From assembly GCA_903936705.1 (NCBI GenBank), contig CAIZWN010000071.1, positions 51,050 through 115,049 of the forward strand: a DNA stretch of 64,000 nucleotides. Reading direction: 5' to 3'. Below the pieces are notes generated by a model that was given only the letters and a program-made list of their open reading frames with translations, was not told the DNA's origin and did no database searches. This stretch comes from an uncultured Myxococcales bacterium. Its GTDB lineage: Bacteria; Myxococcota_A; UBA9042; DTJE01. The position numbers and the translations under genes were made by a program. Shown piece after piece: positions 38,929-47,740 of the stretch; position 1 is the first letter of the stretch; every line of letters begins with the position of its first letter.

Positions 38929-40917
38929 TCAGTCAGTCACGAACAGGACCCTGGCGATCTCCTCTGGGGTCGTTATGCCGTTGACCAGCAGGTGGCGGCA
39001 ATGCTCGCGCAGCGGCTGGAACAGGCCGGTTTCCATGGCCATCTTCTCGATTACCGGCATGGACTCGCCTGCGGCTATCAGCGGACGAAGGCGGTCGTCA
39101 ACCCGCAGGACTTCGAAGACGCCGACGCGGCCGCGGAAGCCCTGGTAGTTGCAGTTCAAACACCCGCTGCCCTTCATGAACGAGAAGCCGCCAGCCCCCT
39201 CGTCCTTTCCGAACAGCCCCAGCGGCATGATCAGGTCCGGGTGATATGTTGTAGGCTGGCGACAGTGCGGGCAAACCCTGCGCAACAGGCGCTGGCTGAC
39301 GACGCCTACCAGAGTGTGGGCCAGAAGGAACGATTCGACCCCCATCTCGCGCATGCGCACCACCGAACCCAGCGCGTCGTTCGCGTGCAGCGACGTGAAC
39401 ACCAGGTGACCCGTCAGCGCGGCTTCGACCGTCGTTGCGGCCGTCTGCGGGTCGCGGGTCTCGCCGACGACGATTACGTCCGGATCCTGACGCAGGAAGT
39501 GGCGAACACTGTTCGCGAATGAGACGCCGGCCGCATCGTTCACCTGCACCTGAGTGATCCCTTCGATGGTGTACTCGATGGGGTCCTCGATCGTGACGAT
39601 ATTGATTTCATCCTCGCGCAACCGAAGCATCGCGCTGTAGATGGTCGTCGTCTTGCCGCTGCCGGTCGGGCCGGCAATTATGACCAGGCCTTGCGGTTGT
39701 TCGATCATCCAGCGCATTGCACGATAGGTCGGGTCATGAAGGATCAGGCGTTCCAGATCGATAAGGACCGTCTGGGGATCCAGGATTCGCAGGACCAACT
39801 TCTCGCCGAATCGCGTTGGGACCGTCGACAGGCGAAAGTCGATCTGGCGGCGTCCGTGCTCGACAGACAAGCGGCCATCCTGGGCGCGGCGCTTTTCGGC
39901 GATGTCCATCCTGCCCAGCGCCTTCAGTCGCGATACCAGAGGCGGGTGGAACCTCATATCCAGGGGTTCAGGGCGACGCTTCAGTCTGCCGTCCACCCGG
40001 TAACGGACGACCATTTCGGTCTCGGACGGTTCCAGGTGGATGTCGCTGGCAGCCAGTTCGAGTGCCTCGCCGATCAGCCGGTTGACAAGGGCGACAACCA
40101 TCTCTCCCGAAATCTGCTTGCCTCGTTCATCCGGTGTCACGGAGGGCGTGGAATCGATCAAGCGGACTTCGTGGGCCTTCTGGCTGACCATCTGAAACCA
40201 GCGATCTCGTGGATTTTCGTCCGGGCGCAGCTTTTCCAGGGCCGGAATGACGTTAGTCCGAAAGAACCGGTCGAACTCGCTGCCATCCAGGGCGACCGGG
40301 CGCACCCGATAGCTGGTCAGCACGCGCGACACGTCGTCAACAATGTTCAGGTCACCAGGGTCCACGAAGCCGACTACCAGCACGCGGCCATTACGGGCCA
40401 GTGGGAGGGCGCGGTACTTGCGCATCTGGGTCTGAGGCAGCAGTCCCCACAAGGATTCGTCCAGCTTCAGGCGGGCCAGGTCAACGACGCGGGCGCCGGT
40501 TGGAACCGAGGCTGCCTGAAGCCGCTCGGCCACGGTTCGCAGAAGGGCCGCGTGAAGGACCGGATCGTCGGCACACGCCTCCAGCAAAGCAGCTCGGGGC
40601 AGCATGGCGAGGGTTGTTGGTTCCTGGACCCAGGCCGAAACGCCATGGGGCGCGCCAAGGAGAATCTCGGCAAGACCAAGGAAATCGCCAGGACCAAGGC
40701 GGCCTCCCAGGTATTCCAGACCGTCGGCGATGTCGCGCCATCCGGTCTGCAAACGGCCTTCGACGATGATCGCTACAACGTTCGGCTGCGAGTCCTGGCG
40801 GCAAACCTCCTGGTCAGGCAGCAGGGTGACGGTTTCCATCGCTGCCGAAAAAGAGGCCACGCGGGCGGGGGCGAACGACGCGAAAAGCGGCATTGCAAGT
40901 ACGGCGTCCAGGTCCAT
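38929..40917 (-). CDS. GspE/PilB-family secretion ATPase with N-terminal cyclic-nucleotide-binding-like domain and T2SSE_N domain
   Basis: N-terminus LAMPLFASF...VCRQDSQPNVVAIIVEGRL (cNMP-binding fold-like). T2SSE_N-like segment (RALPLARNGRVLVVGFVDPGDLNIVDDV). Walker A GPTGSGKTTT, Asp/His boxes, and tetra-Cys CPHC...CLNC. ATG at 40917; the ORF extends to 40998. Confidence 0.85.
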   Translation of the reverse strand: MDLDAVLAMPLFASFAPARVASFSAAMETVTLLPDQEVCRQDSQPNVVAIIVEGRLQTGWRDIADGLEYLGGRLGPGDFLGLAEILLGAPHGVSAWVQEPTTLAMLPRAALLEACADDPVLHAALLRTVAERLQAASVPTGARVVDLARLKLDESLWGLLPQTQMRKYRALPLARNGRVLVVGFVDPGDLNIVDDVSRVLTSYRVRPVALDGSEFDRFFRTNVIPALEKLRPDENPRDRWFQMVSQKAHEVRLIDSTPSVTPDERGKQISGEMVVALVNRLIGEALELAASDIHLEPSETEMVVRYRVDGRLKRRPEPLDMRFHPPLVSRLKALGRMDIAEKRRAQDGRLSVEHGRRQIDFRLSTVPTRFGEKLVLRILDPQTVLIDLERLILHDPTYRAMRWMIEQPQGLVIIAGPTGSGKTTTIYSAMLRLREDEINIVTIEDPIEYTIEGITQVQVNDAAGVSFANSVRHFLRQDPDVIVVGETRDPQTAATTVEAALTGHLVFTSLHANDALGSVVRMREMGVESFLLAHTLVGVVSQRLLRRVCPHCRQPTTYHPDLIMPLGLFGKDEGAGGFSFMKGSGCLNCNYQGFRGRVGVFEVLRVDDRLRPLIAAGESMPVIEKMAMETGLFQPLREHCRHLLVNGITTPEEIARVLFVTD

Positions 40918-41136
40918 GGCAGACTCCGGGGTGAACGGCCTAGGATTGCAGTAAGCGCGTCGCGTGGCAATACCGAGCGACCGATTTGAATGCGGCATTC
41001 CGGCTTTGTGATGAGCAATGGTTTCGACATGATGATTGGTCTTCGGGCGCGGGCGAAACCATGGCGAGAATGCCCGTATGGCGTTGCCAACAACTGGCTG
41101 AAATTGTAGACTCCCGCCGGTCTTCAGGAGCTCTCA

Positions 41137-43341
41137 GTGGAGTCTGCCCGTACAGTGGCGTCGTCGGTTTGTTCTCCTCCTGATCGGTGTGTTGATCCGC
41201 GGCGCGGCCTGGTGTGCGGGATCCTTGGGTGGCTGGGGCTGTCGGCGCTGCTGGCGTTGGTTTCGGCCCCTGTTGTGGCCCTTGTTGATCTGCTGGTCAT
41301 CACAGTGAACCCCAACTCGGTGACGCCGTCCGATGCCGGTGCGCCGGTGCTTTCCGTTCTGCTGATCTTTCTTGCTGCTTCCGTACTTGCGATGGTTCAG
41401 GCGCCTGTTCTGGCGTTCGGTATTCGGGCGATCAGGCTGCTGGGGCCAGCCCGCGCGTTCAGGACTCTGGTTACCGGCCTTGTCGCACTGCCGCTTCTTG
41501 GAATTGTCTGGTGGATTCAGGCTCCAGGCCTGGATCGTGTGACCGATCCCGACCTTCGTGTGATGTTGCAGGTCGTCTTCGTGCTGGCGTCTGCCGCTGG
41601 TTCAATAGTGGCCGGCGTGGTTGTCGCGTCCTTGATCGAATCCCGTCAGGATGGTGCCAGTCGTTTGCGCGATGCTGGATTGGCTGCCGGCGGTCTTGGT
41701 GTCGCCTTTGCCGCGATCTTCGTGGCAGCCCTTTGGTCAAGGTTCTATCGCGAGCTGATTGACGCTGTGCCTCTTGCGGCGTTGACGCTTTTCGGGTTGT
41801 GCGAGGCTGGTGTGGTGCTGGCCGTTACCGCCCTTCCGGCGGTGTCGTCGTGGGCCAGGAGGTTGCTGGCCGTAAATTCCTTCAGGATTGTGCTGCTGCT
41901 GGCTCCAGTCGCCTTCTTCATGCTGGCCGAAGGTGTCTCGAGGATTGATCCCGACGCAGCCCCATGGGTCGGGTCCAGTAACGGTGCCGCGGGCCGTGTG
42001 CAGTCCATTCTGCGCGGCATCTGGGACTTCGACGGCGACGGCAGCAGCCCGATCCTCGGGGGCGGTGATTGCGACGATGACGATCCACAGGTCTCGCCCC
42101 TTGCGGTCGATGAACCTGGCAACGGGATCGACGAGGACTGCAGCGGTGATGACGCCGAGGTCGCCAGTGCCGCGGCCATGAAAACGTACTTCAAGGAACC
42201 CCAGGATGGCAAACGCTACAACGTGTTGCTGGTCTGCATAGATGCCATGAGGGCGGATCGGGTCTCATTCCTGGGTTATCCGCGGCGGACAACTCCCCGG
42301 CTGGAGGTGTTGTCGCGCGATTCGTGGCTGTTCGACAACGTCATCGCCCCATCGTCGACCACGCGTGAGTCCATCCCGCCGCTGTTTACCGGTCGCTATC
42401 CATCCGGGGTCCAGTGGGAAAGGGAAGCCAAGGTGCGTCCCCTGGCCGCTTCCCAGCGACTGCTGGCCGAGGTGCTGAAGGGGCGCGGCTGGCAGACCCT
42501 TGGGGTGATCGACGAGTGGCTGAAGAAGTTTCTTCCAAGCTCGTTGCGCGGGTTCGACATCGCTGAGGTAGCCTACGGCAATGGTCGTTGGAACGAGGTC
42601 GGCCAGCAGGCGGCGCCATTTACGCTGTTCAGGGCCGTCGAGTTGCTGGGGGCGCGGGATAAAAGCAAGCCGTTCTTCATGTACGTGCACATGGAGGCGC
42701 CTCACTTTCCCTACGTCCGCCACGAGGACATTCCCAGTTTCGGCAGCCTGCCGTCCGACCTGTATGACCACGAGATTGCGTACGCGGATCACTACGTCGG
42801 GCTGCTGATCGAGTACCTGGAAACCGAGCGCCTGAAGGACGACACGATCATCATCGTCTTCGGGGACCACGGCGAGGAGTTTGGCGAACGCGGCGGAAAG
42901 CAGCATTCGAGAACCCTTTATGCCGAGAGCATCCGCGTGCCGTTGCTGGTCCGGATTCCCGGCCGGCGCCATATGCGCATCAAGACCCGGGTCTCGCTGA
43001 TCGACGTCTTCCCGACATTGATGGACGTGCTGGGGCTGCGGCCCGATGAACCCCAGCCGCAGGGCTTCAGCCTGTTCCAGTACACGCGTGGCTCGGACCC
43101 GTGGCCCGATCGTCCGATATTCTCGGAACTCATGATCAACAACGAGGGCGCGCTGAGATACCGCAAGGCCGTCTACCGCGGCAATTTCAAGCTGCTGTGG
43201 GACATGTCGTCAGGGTTGACCGAACTATACGATGTGGTTCAGGACCCCAAGGAAATGTCCCCGATCGATGATCCCGAGGTCCAGGATTCCCTGCTGGAGC
43301 TGCTGAAAGACTTCGTCGCCCGCGGGGATCATCACGGGTAG
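41137..43341 (+). CDS. polytopic membrane protein with periplasmic sulfatase/alkaline-phosphatase-superfamily domain
   Basis: About 7 N-terminal TM segments, then LLVCIDAMRADR, PSSTTRESIPPLFTGRYP, HMEAPHFPY, GDHGEEFGERG (sulfatase family). The linker carries GGGDCDDDDPQVSPLAVDEPGNGIDEDCSGDD. GTG start with CAGGAG upstream. Confidence 0.75.
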   Translation: MESARTVASSVCSPPDRCVDPRRGLVCGILGWLGLSALLALVSAPVVALVDLLVITVNPNSVTPSDAGAPVLSVLLIFLAASVLAMVQAPVLAFGIRAIRLLGPARAFRTLVTGLVALPLLGIVWWIQAPGLDRVTDPDLRVMLQVVFVLASAAGSIVAGVVVASLIESRQDGASRLRDAGLAAGGLGVAFAAIFVAALWSRFYRELIDAVPLAALTLFGLCEAGVVLAVTALPAVSSWARRLLAVNSFRIVLLLAPVAFFMLAEGVSRIDPDAAPWVGSSNGAAGRVQSILRGIWDFDGDGSSPILGGGDCDDDDPQVSPLAVDEPGNGIDEDCSGDDAEVASAAAMKTYFKEPQDGKRYNVLLVCIDAMRADRVSFLGYPRRTTPRLEVLSRDSWLFDNVIAPSSTTRESIPPLFTGRYPSGVQWEREAKVRPLAASQRLLAEVLKGRGWQTLGVIDEWLKKFLPSSLRGFDIAEVAYGNGRWNEVGQQAAPFTLFRAVELLGARDKSKPFFMYVHMEAPHFPYVRHEDIPSFGSLPSDLYDHEIAYADHYVGLLIEYLETERLKDDTIIIVFGDHGEEFGERGGKQHSRTLYAESIRVPLLVRIPGRRHMRIKTRVSLIDVFPTLMDVLGLRPDEPQPQGFSLFQYTRGSDPWPDRPIFSELMINNEGALRYRKAVYRGNFKLLWDMSSGLTELYDVVQDPKEMSPIDDPEVQDSLLELLKDFVARGDHHG

Positions 43342-43502
43342 CGTACGTCGTGACCGCAATGCGACGCAAGCCATCGACGGCTACAACCACGTGCAACTGT
43401 CTGCCGCTGAAGTTGCCTTCCAGCAGTTGGATGGGTTCGCAATGGAATCTTAGCGTTGAACGTGCTACATATATTCCGACTTTTTCGGAAAGGTAGGACA
43501 AG

Positions 43503-43745
43503 ATGTCGATTTCCACCATCTCTGCCAAGGGTCAAATCACGCTTCCGGCAGCACTCAGGAAGAAATTCGGTTTGATGCCTAGGTCCCGCGTTGTTGTGGA
43601 ATCGACTGCTGACGGCATTCTGATCCGCAATGCCGGTGACTTCTTCGAATTGTATGGATTCCTGGGCAAAGGCCTTGGGCGTGAGGCCGAGCGGGCGCAG
43701 ATGATGAAGGGCATCGTGGCGCATGTCGATCGGAGGGACGAATGA
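43503..43745 (+). CDS. vapB: AbrB/SpoVT-fold antitoxin (VapB-type)
   Basis: MSISTISAKGQITLPAALRKKFGL is a SpoVT/AbrB swapped-hairpin motif. 80 aa, with a 4-nt overlap onto the PIN gene. Confidence 0.85.
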   Translation: MSISTISAKGQITLPAALRKKFGLMPRSRVVVESTADGILIRNAGDFFELYGFLGKGLGREAERAQMMKGIVAHVDRRDE

Positions 43746-44149
43746 CCAGCGTTTTCGTCGATGCCAACGTTTTTCTGCGGTTCTTTACCGCAGATGATTC
43801 TTGCCAGCACGAGTCAGCCGAGAAGCTTTTTCGGGAGGCTGCCGCCGGTCGTGTGTCCTTGGTTACGGGCCCACCTGTCCTGTTCGAGATTGCGTGGACG
43901 CTGCGCTCGGCCTACGGACTTAAAGCGGACAGGATCCTGGATGTCCTGTCGAGAATTGTCTCGTTGTCGGGACTTGATCTAGCTGACGGACCTGTCGTCG
44001 AGGAGGCAATCTCGATCGCGACGAAGTCCGGGACCGAGTTCGCTGATTCCTACATACTGGCGTCGTCCCGCCGGCTGGGCGCCGGCTGTGTCGCGACCTT
44101 CAATAAAAAGGACTTCCGAAAGATGGGTGCGACTCTTCAGCATCTTTGA
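43742..44149 (+). CDS. vapC: PIN-domain ribonuclease toxin (VapC-type)
   Basis: VFVDANVFLRF (first acidic residue) and FADSYILASS are typical PIN motifs. 135 aa. Confidence 0.85.
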   Translation: MTSVFVDANVFLRFFTADDSCQHESAEKLFREAAAGRVSLVTGPPVLFEIAWTLRSAYGLKADRILDVLSRIVSLSGLDLADGPVVEEAISIATKSGTEFADSYILASSRRLGAGCVATFNKKDFRKMGATLQHL

Positions 44150-44304
44150 TGGTGAGGACCTGTCAATGGTTTTTTCATGCGTGTGATCGCCTGCCAGTTG
44201 ATTTGGCCGCGTGTGTTGATTGCGTTGCCGCCTTACCCCGGCCACCACGTCGATGCTTCGTTACGGCAGGATGATTCGTATCCTTGTGAATGTGAGATAG
44301 GTAC

Positions 44305-47300
44305 CTACCCGCGCTTGCGACTGGGGCGGCAGAATCGCAGGAGGACCAGGCCGAGGAACCAGAGCATTGCAGCGCCCTTGGACCCGGGGCCACTTCCGAC
44401 CGAGCATCCGCTGCCGCTGCCGCTGTTGTTTGTCGCGGCTGGTGTGCATACGAACGACGTGCGGTCGACTTCGCCGTCTTCCAGTTCGCCGTTGCGCGCA
44501 ATGCCGTCGGGAACTCCGTCGTCGAGTCCAGTGTCAATTCGCTGTCCACCGTTTTGACAGTTGTCGCCTGCGGATTCCTCTACAATTCTGACGAGGGCCA
44601 AGAACCCGTCGGTCCCGTTCGTCCCGTTGTTGCCTTCCAGTCCCGAACCGCCGTTTTCTCCGTTGCACACGAAGAAGGAATCGTCGATCTCTTCGGCCTC
44701 GAGTACGCCGTTTCCCGCAGTACCACCAGGAAGGCCGTCGTCAAGGCCGGTGTCAATTCTCTTGCCGCCCGTGGGGCAGTTTGATCCCGGTGCCTCGTCG
44801 ATGACGTTGACCAGGGATTTGGATCCGTTGGTCCCGTCGACGCCGTTGGTTCCGTCGATACCGTTGGTTCCGTCGATACCGTTGGTCCCGTCGATGCCGT
44901 TGGTTCCGGCTTCGCCATCTGTACCGTTGCACACAAACACCGAACTATCGACCTCCGCATCTTCCAGGATACCGTTGCCAGCCGTGCCGGTGGGGAGGCC
45001 GTCATCAAGGCCGGTGTCGATGCGCTTGCCTCCTGTCGGGCAGTTTTCGCCGGCGATTTCGGTCGTGATCTTGACCAGCGAGTTGAGGCCGTTAGCGCCG
45101 GCGGTTCCATTGGTCCCGTTGGTCCCGTTAGTGCCGTCGGTGCCATTGGTGCCGTCGGTGCCGTCGGTGCCATTGGTGCCGTTAGTGCCATTGGTGCCGT
45201 CAGCCCCGTTCGAACCGTTGCAGACGTACGACGTGGAGTCGATCTCGCCCACTTCCAGCAGGCTGTTGCCAGTCGTGCCGCTTGGTAGGCCGTCATCAAG
45301 GCCGGTGTCGATGCGCTTGCCCCCTGTCGGGCAGTTCTCGCCGGCGATTTCGGTCGTGACCTTGACCAGCGAGTTGAGGCCGCTAGTGCCGTCGGTTCCG
45401 TTGGTGCCGTCGGTTCCGTTGGTGCCGTCGGTTCCGTTGGTGCCGTCGGTTCCGTTGGTGCCGTCGGTACCGTTAGTGCCGTCGGTTCCATTGGTGCCGT
45501 TGGTCCCATTCGAACCGTTGCAGACGTAGGACGTGGAGTCGATCTCGCCCACCTCCAGCAGGCTGTTGCCAGTTGTGCCGCTCGGGAGGCCGTCATCAAT
45601 GCCGGTGTCGATACGTTTGCCCCCGGTCGGGCAGTTTTCGCCGGCGACCTCGGTCGTGACCTTGACCAGCGAGTTGAGCCCGTTAGCGCCGTTGGTTCCA
45701 TTTGTACCGTCAGTTCCGTTAGTGCCGTCGGTTCCGTTAGTGCCGTTGGTTCCGTTAGTGCCGTTGGTTCCGTTAGTGCCGTTGGTTCCGTTAGTGCCGT
45801 CGGCCCCGTTAATGCCGTCGGTCCCGTTCGAACCGTTGCAGACGTACGACGTGGAGTTGATCTCGCCCACTTCCAGCACGCCGTTGCCAGCCGTGCCGCT
45901 GGGGAGGCCGTCATCAAGGCCGGTGTCGATGCGCTTGCCTCCAGTCGGGCAGCTTTCGCCGGCGATCTCGGTCGTGACCTTGACCAGCGAATTTAAGCCG
46001 TTAGTGCCGTTAGTTCCATTTGTGCCGTCGGTCCCGTTGGTGCCGTCGGTCCCATTGGTGCCGTCGGTCCCATTGGTGCCGTCAGTCCCGTTCGAACCAT
46101 TGCAGACGTACACCGTAGAGTTGATCTCGCCCACCTCCAGCAGGCCGTTGTTTGCCGTGCCGCTGGGGAGGCCGTCGTCAAGGCCGGTGTCGATGCGCTT
46201 GCCCCCGGTCGGGCAACTTTCGCCGGCGATCTCGGTCGTGACCTTGACAAGCGAGTTGATGCCGTTGGTGCCGTTGGTTCCGTTGGTTCCGTTGGTGCCG
46301 TTCGAACCGTTCGAACCGTTGCAGACGTACGATGTGGAATCGAACTCGCCTACCTCCAGTACGCCGTTGCCAGCCGTGCCGCTTGGTAGGCCGTCATCAA
46401 GGCCGGCGTCGATGCGCTTGCCACCTGTCGTACAGTTTTCACCCGCGCTTTCGGTAGTGATCTTCAACAGCGATTTCACCCCTGAACTGCCGGTGGCGCC
46501 ATTGCAAATGTATCGTGTCGCCACGCCCACATCTGGGACTCCGTCCATGTCATAGTCAGTGCCGCTGCGCAGTCGCGTCCCACCGTACGTGCAGTTGGCG
46601 CCCGACGCCTCGGCTATCACCTCGATGGCAGCCAATCCGGTCGCTTCGACCGCACCCACGTCGCAGGCCACATTGGCTGGACGGGCGATTCCGCGCTGGT
46701 CGGTGGTCACTGTGTTTCCCGCGAAGTCCGTGCAGATGCCAGTATCGACCGCCGGGCTGCCGTATTGCAGCGGATAGCATCTGCCGGTCCCGCCATGTGC
46801 CCCGATGGAACCAAGCATCGGGCCGACGTTCTGGCGGTCAGATGACAGCGTCAGGCTGGACATCGTGGTGTCGCACAGATTGTAGCCAAGGCTGGTGAAG
46901 TTAGGGCCATCACGGTAGACGGTGGTATTGCCGGTTATGATGTTGTTCTTCAATTGGATGGTGCCCGTGCCCGCGAACGCCGCCGCGTTGCCGGTGATCG
47001 TCGAGTGGCTGACCCGGACCGTGCCGATGCCTGGGTTCCAGATCGCTCCATATGAAGAGTAGGTGTGGCCGTGGAGCGTTGAGTTGATGATGTCGACGGT
47101 CGGACTGTAGTCTGATGCAACGATGCAAGTGTACGGTCCCTCGACCTCGCAGGAATCGAAGCGCCCGCTGCCCTTGCTGATAGCAACAGCGTAGTACGCC
47201 GATTTTAGGCGGCAATCGGTTGCGGTCAAGGACGTTCCTGTAGAGCTGCCGCCTTGGTAAACTGCGTACATGCCGCTGGTCACGATATCCAGGCTGCGCA

Positions 47301-47649
47301 GGGACACGGTCAGGCTGGCAGTATCGATGGCGAACACATTGCCGGTGTGGGCGATGTGCGTCTGGCCAGTGGTTCCAACAATGGAAACGCTCGCCGTGAT
47401 CTGGAACATCGTGCCACTGTTGTAGGTGCCAGCAGGCAAAAGGATGGTGTCCGCTCCGCTGCCGGCCGGGCAGGCGTCCGAGGCAGTGTCCCCGTTGGCT
47501 GCGGCGAGCGCCTCTCGAAGCGAGCAGTCTCCATCGCTGTTGAGCTCATCGCCGGTAGTCGTGACCCTGATCGTGGTCGCAAAAGCCACGCTTGGGATCA
47601 GCAGCAGTGCGGTCAACGCCAGGAACCGGTCAAGCCTTGGTGATCGCAT
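44305..47649 (-). CDS. large surface protein: signal peptide, parallel beta-helix domain, 8-9 Cys-pair modules alternating with collagen-like G-T-[ND] triplet runs, MYXO-CTERM-like tail
   Basis: Signal LALTALLLIPSVAFA. DGDCSLREALAAANGD plus Gly/Thr/Asn-rich beta-helix-like repeats. Repeated LNSLVKVTTEIAGENCPTGGKRIDTGLDDGLPSGT.GN..LEVGEIDSTSYVCNG modules are each followed by 6-17 GXY triplets (GTNGTDGTN...). C-terminus is GSGSGCSVGSG...AAMLWFLGLVLLRFCRPSRKRG. ATG at 47649 with a GGAGGAG RBS. Confidence 0.85.
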   Translation of the reverse strand: MRSPRLDRFLALTALLLIPSVAFATTIRVTTTGDELNSDGDCSLREALAAANGDTASDACPAGSGADTILLPAGTYNSGTMFQITASVSIVGTTGQTHIAHTGNVFAIDTASLTVSLRSLDIVTSGMYAVYQGGSSTGTSLTATDCRLKSAYYAVAISKGSGRFDSCEVEGPYTCIVASDYSPTVDIINSTLHGHTYSSYGAIWNPGIGTVRVSHSTITGNAAAFAGTGTIQLKNNIITGNTTVYRDGPNFTSLGYNLCDTTMSSLTLSSDRQNVGPMLGSIGAHGGTGRCYPLQYGSPAVDTGICTDFAGNTVTTDQRGIARPANVACDVGAVEATGLAAIEVIAEASGANCTYGGTRLRSGTDYDMDGVPDVGVATRYICNGATGSSGVKSLLKITTESAGENCTTGGKRIDAGLDDGLPSGTAGNGVLEVGEFDSTSYVCNGSNGSNGTNGTNGTNGTNGINSLVKVTTEIAGESCPTGGKRIDTGLDDGLPSGTANNGLLEVGEINSTVYVCNGSNGTDGTNGTDGTNGTDGTNGTDGTNGTNGTNGLNSLVKVTTEIAGESCPTGGKRIDTGLDDGLPSGTAGNGVLEVGEINSTSYVCNGSNGTDGINGADGTNGTNGTNGTNGTNGTNGTNGTDGTNGTDGTNGTNGANGLNSLVKVTTEVAGENCPTGGKRIDTGIDDGLPSGTTGNSLLEVGEIDSTSYVCNGSNGTNGTNGTDGTNGTDGTNGTDGTNGTDGTNGTDGTNGTDGTSGLNSLVKVTTEIAGENCPTGGKRIDTGLDDGLPSGTTGNSLLEVGEIDSTSYVCNGSNGADGTNGTNGTNGTDGTDGTNGTDGTNGTNGTNGTAGANGLNSLVKITTEIAGENCPTGGKRIDTGLDDGLPTGTAGNGILEDAEVDSSVFVCNGTDGEAGTNGIDGTNGIDGTNGIDGTNGVDGTNGSKSLVNVIDEAPGSNCPTGGKRIDTGLDDGLPGGTAGNGVLEAEEIDDSFFVCNGENGGSGLEGNNGTNGTDGFLALVRIVEESAGDNCQNGGQRIDTGLDDGVPDGIARNGELEDGEVDRTSFVCTPAATNNSGSGSGCSVGSGPGSKGAAMLWFLGLVLLRFCRPSRKRG
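44608..46482. repeat. nested coding tandem repeats: ~230-310-nt macro-repeats (x7-8) each containing 9/18-nt GTN/GTD-encoding micro-repeats
   Basis: Near-identical DNA blocks are visible (e.g. ggccgtcatcaaggccggtgtcgatgcgcttgcc recurring), along with runs of gccgtcggt/gccgttggt units. Coordinates are derived from aa 411-1035 of the protein. Confidence 0.9.
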
Positions 47650-47718
47650 GGGATATTCTCCTCCTTTTGCTTTCCCTGGCAATGCAACCTTCATGCGGGA
47701 CCAATCTCGCAATCCGGC

Positions 47719-47740
47719 CTTCGAAGCAGGCTTCGAAGCA
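47719..47740. promoter_or_regulatory. tandem palindromic motif CTTCGAAGCA-gg-CTTCGAAGCA upstream of the large surface-protein gene; possible operator
   Basis: Read directly. The second copy is embedded in the perfect 10-nt palindrome GCTTCGAAGC. It lies 70-90 nt upstream of the ATG at 47649. Confidence 0.3.

Noticed and set aside
39691-40989. 432-aa plus-strand ORF
   Set aside because: It is antisense to the GspE-like ATPase gene, whose Walker and Zn motifs identify the coding strand.
44608-46482. Possible CRISPR array or DGR variable region, given the regular repeats
   Set aside because: The repeats are in frame within one long coding sequence, and there are no unique spacers of constant length. 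No cas genes, reverse transcriptase or template repeat occur in the window.
44561-46555. Plus-strand ORFs 44561..45529 and 45533..46555 encoding PLVPSVPLVP-type repeats, and minus-strand frame-shifted ORF 44580..45917
   Set aside because: They are alternative-frame or antisense readings of the GTN/GTD repeat DNA. The minus-strand frame starting at 47649 has a signal peptide, domain structure, an RBS and a sorting tail, so it is the real gene.
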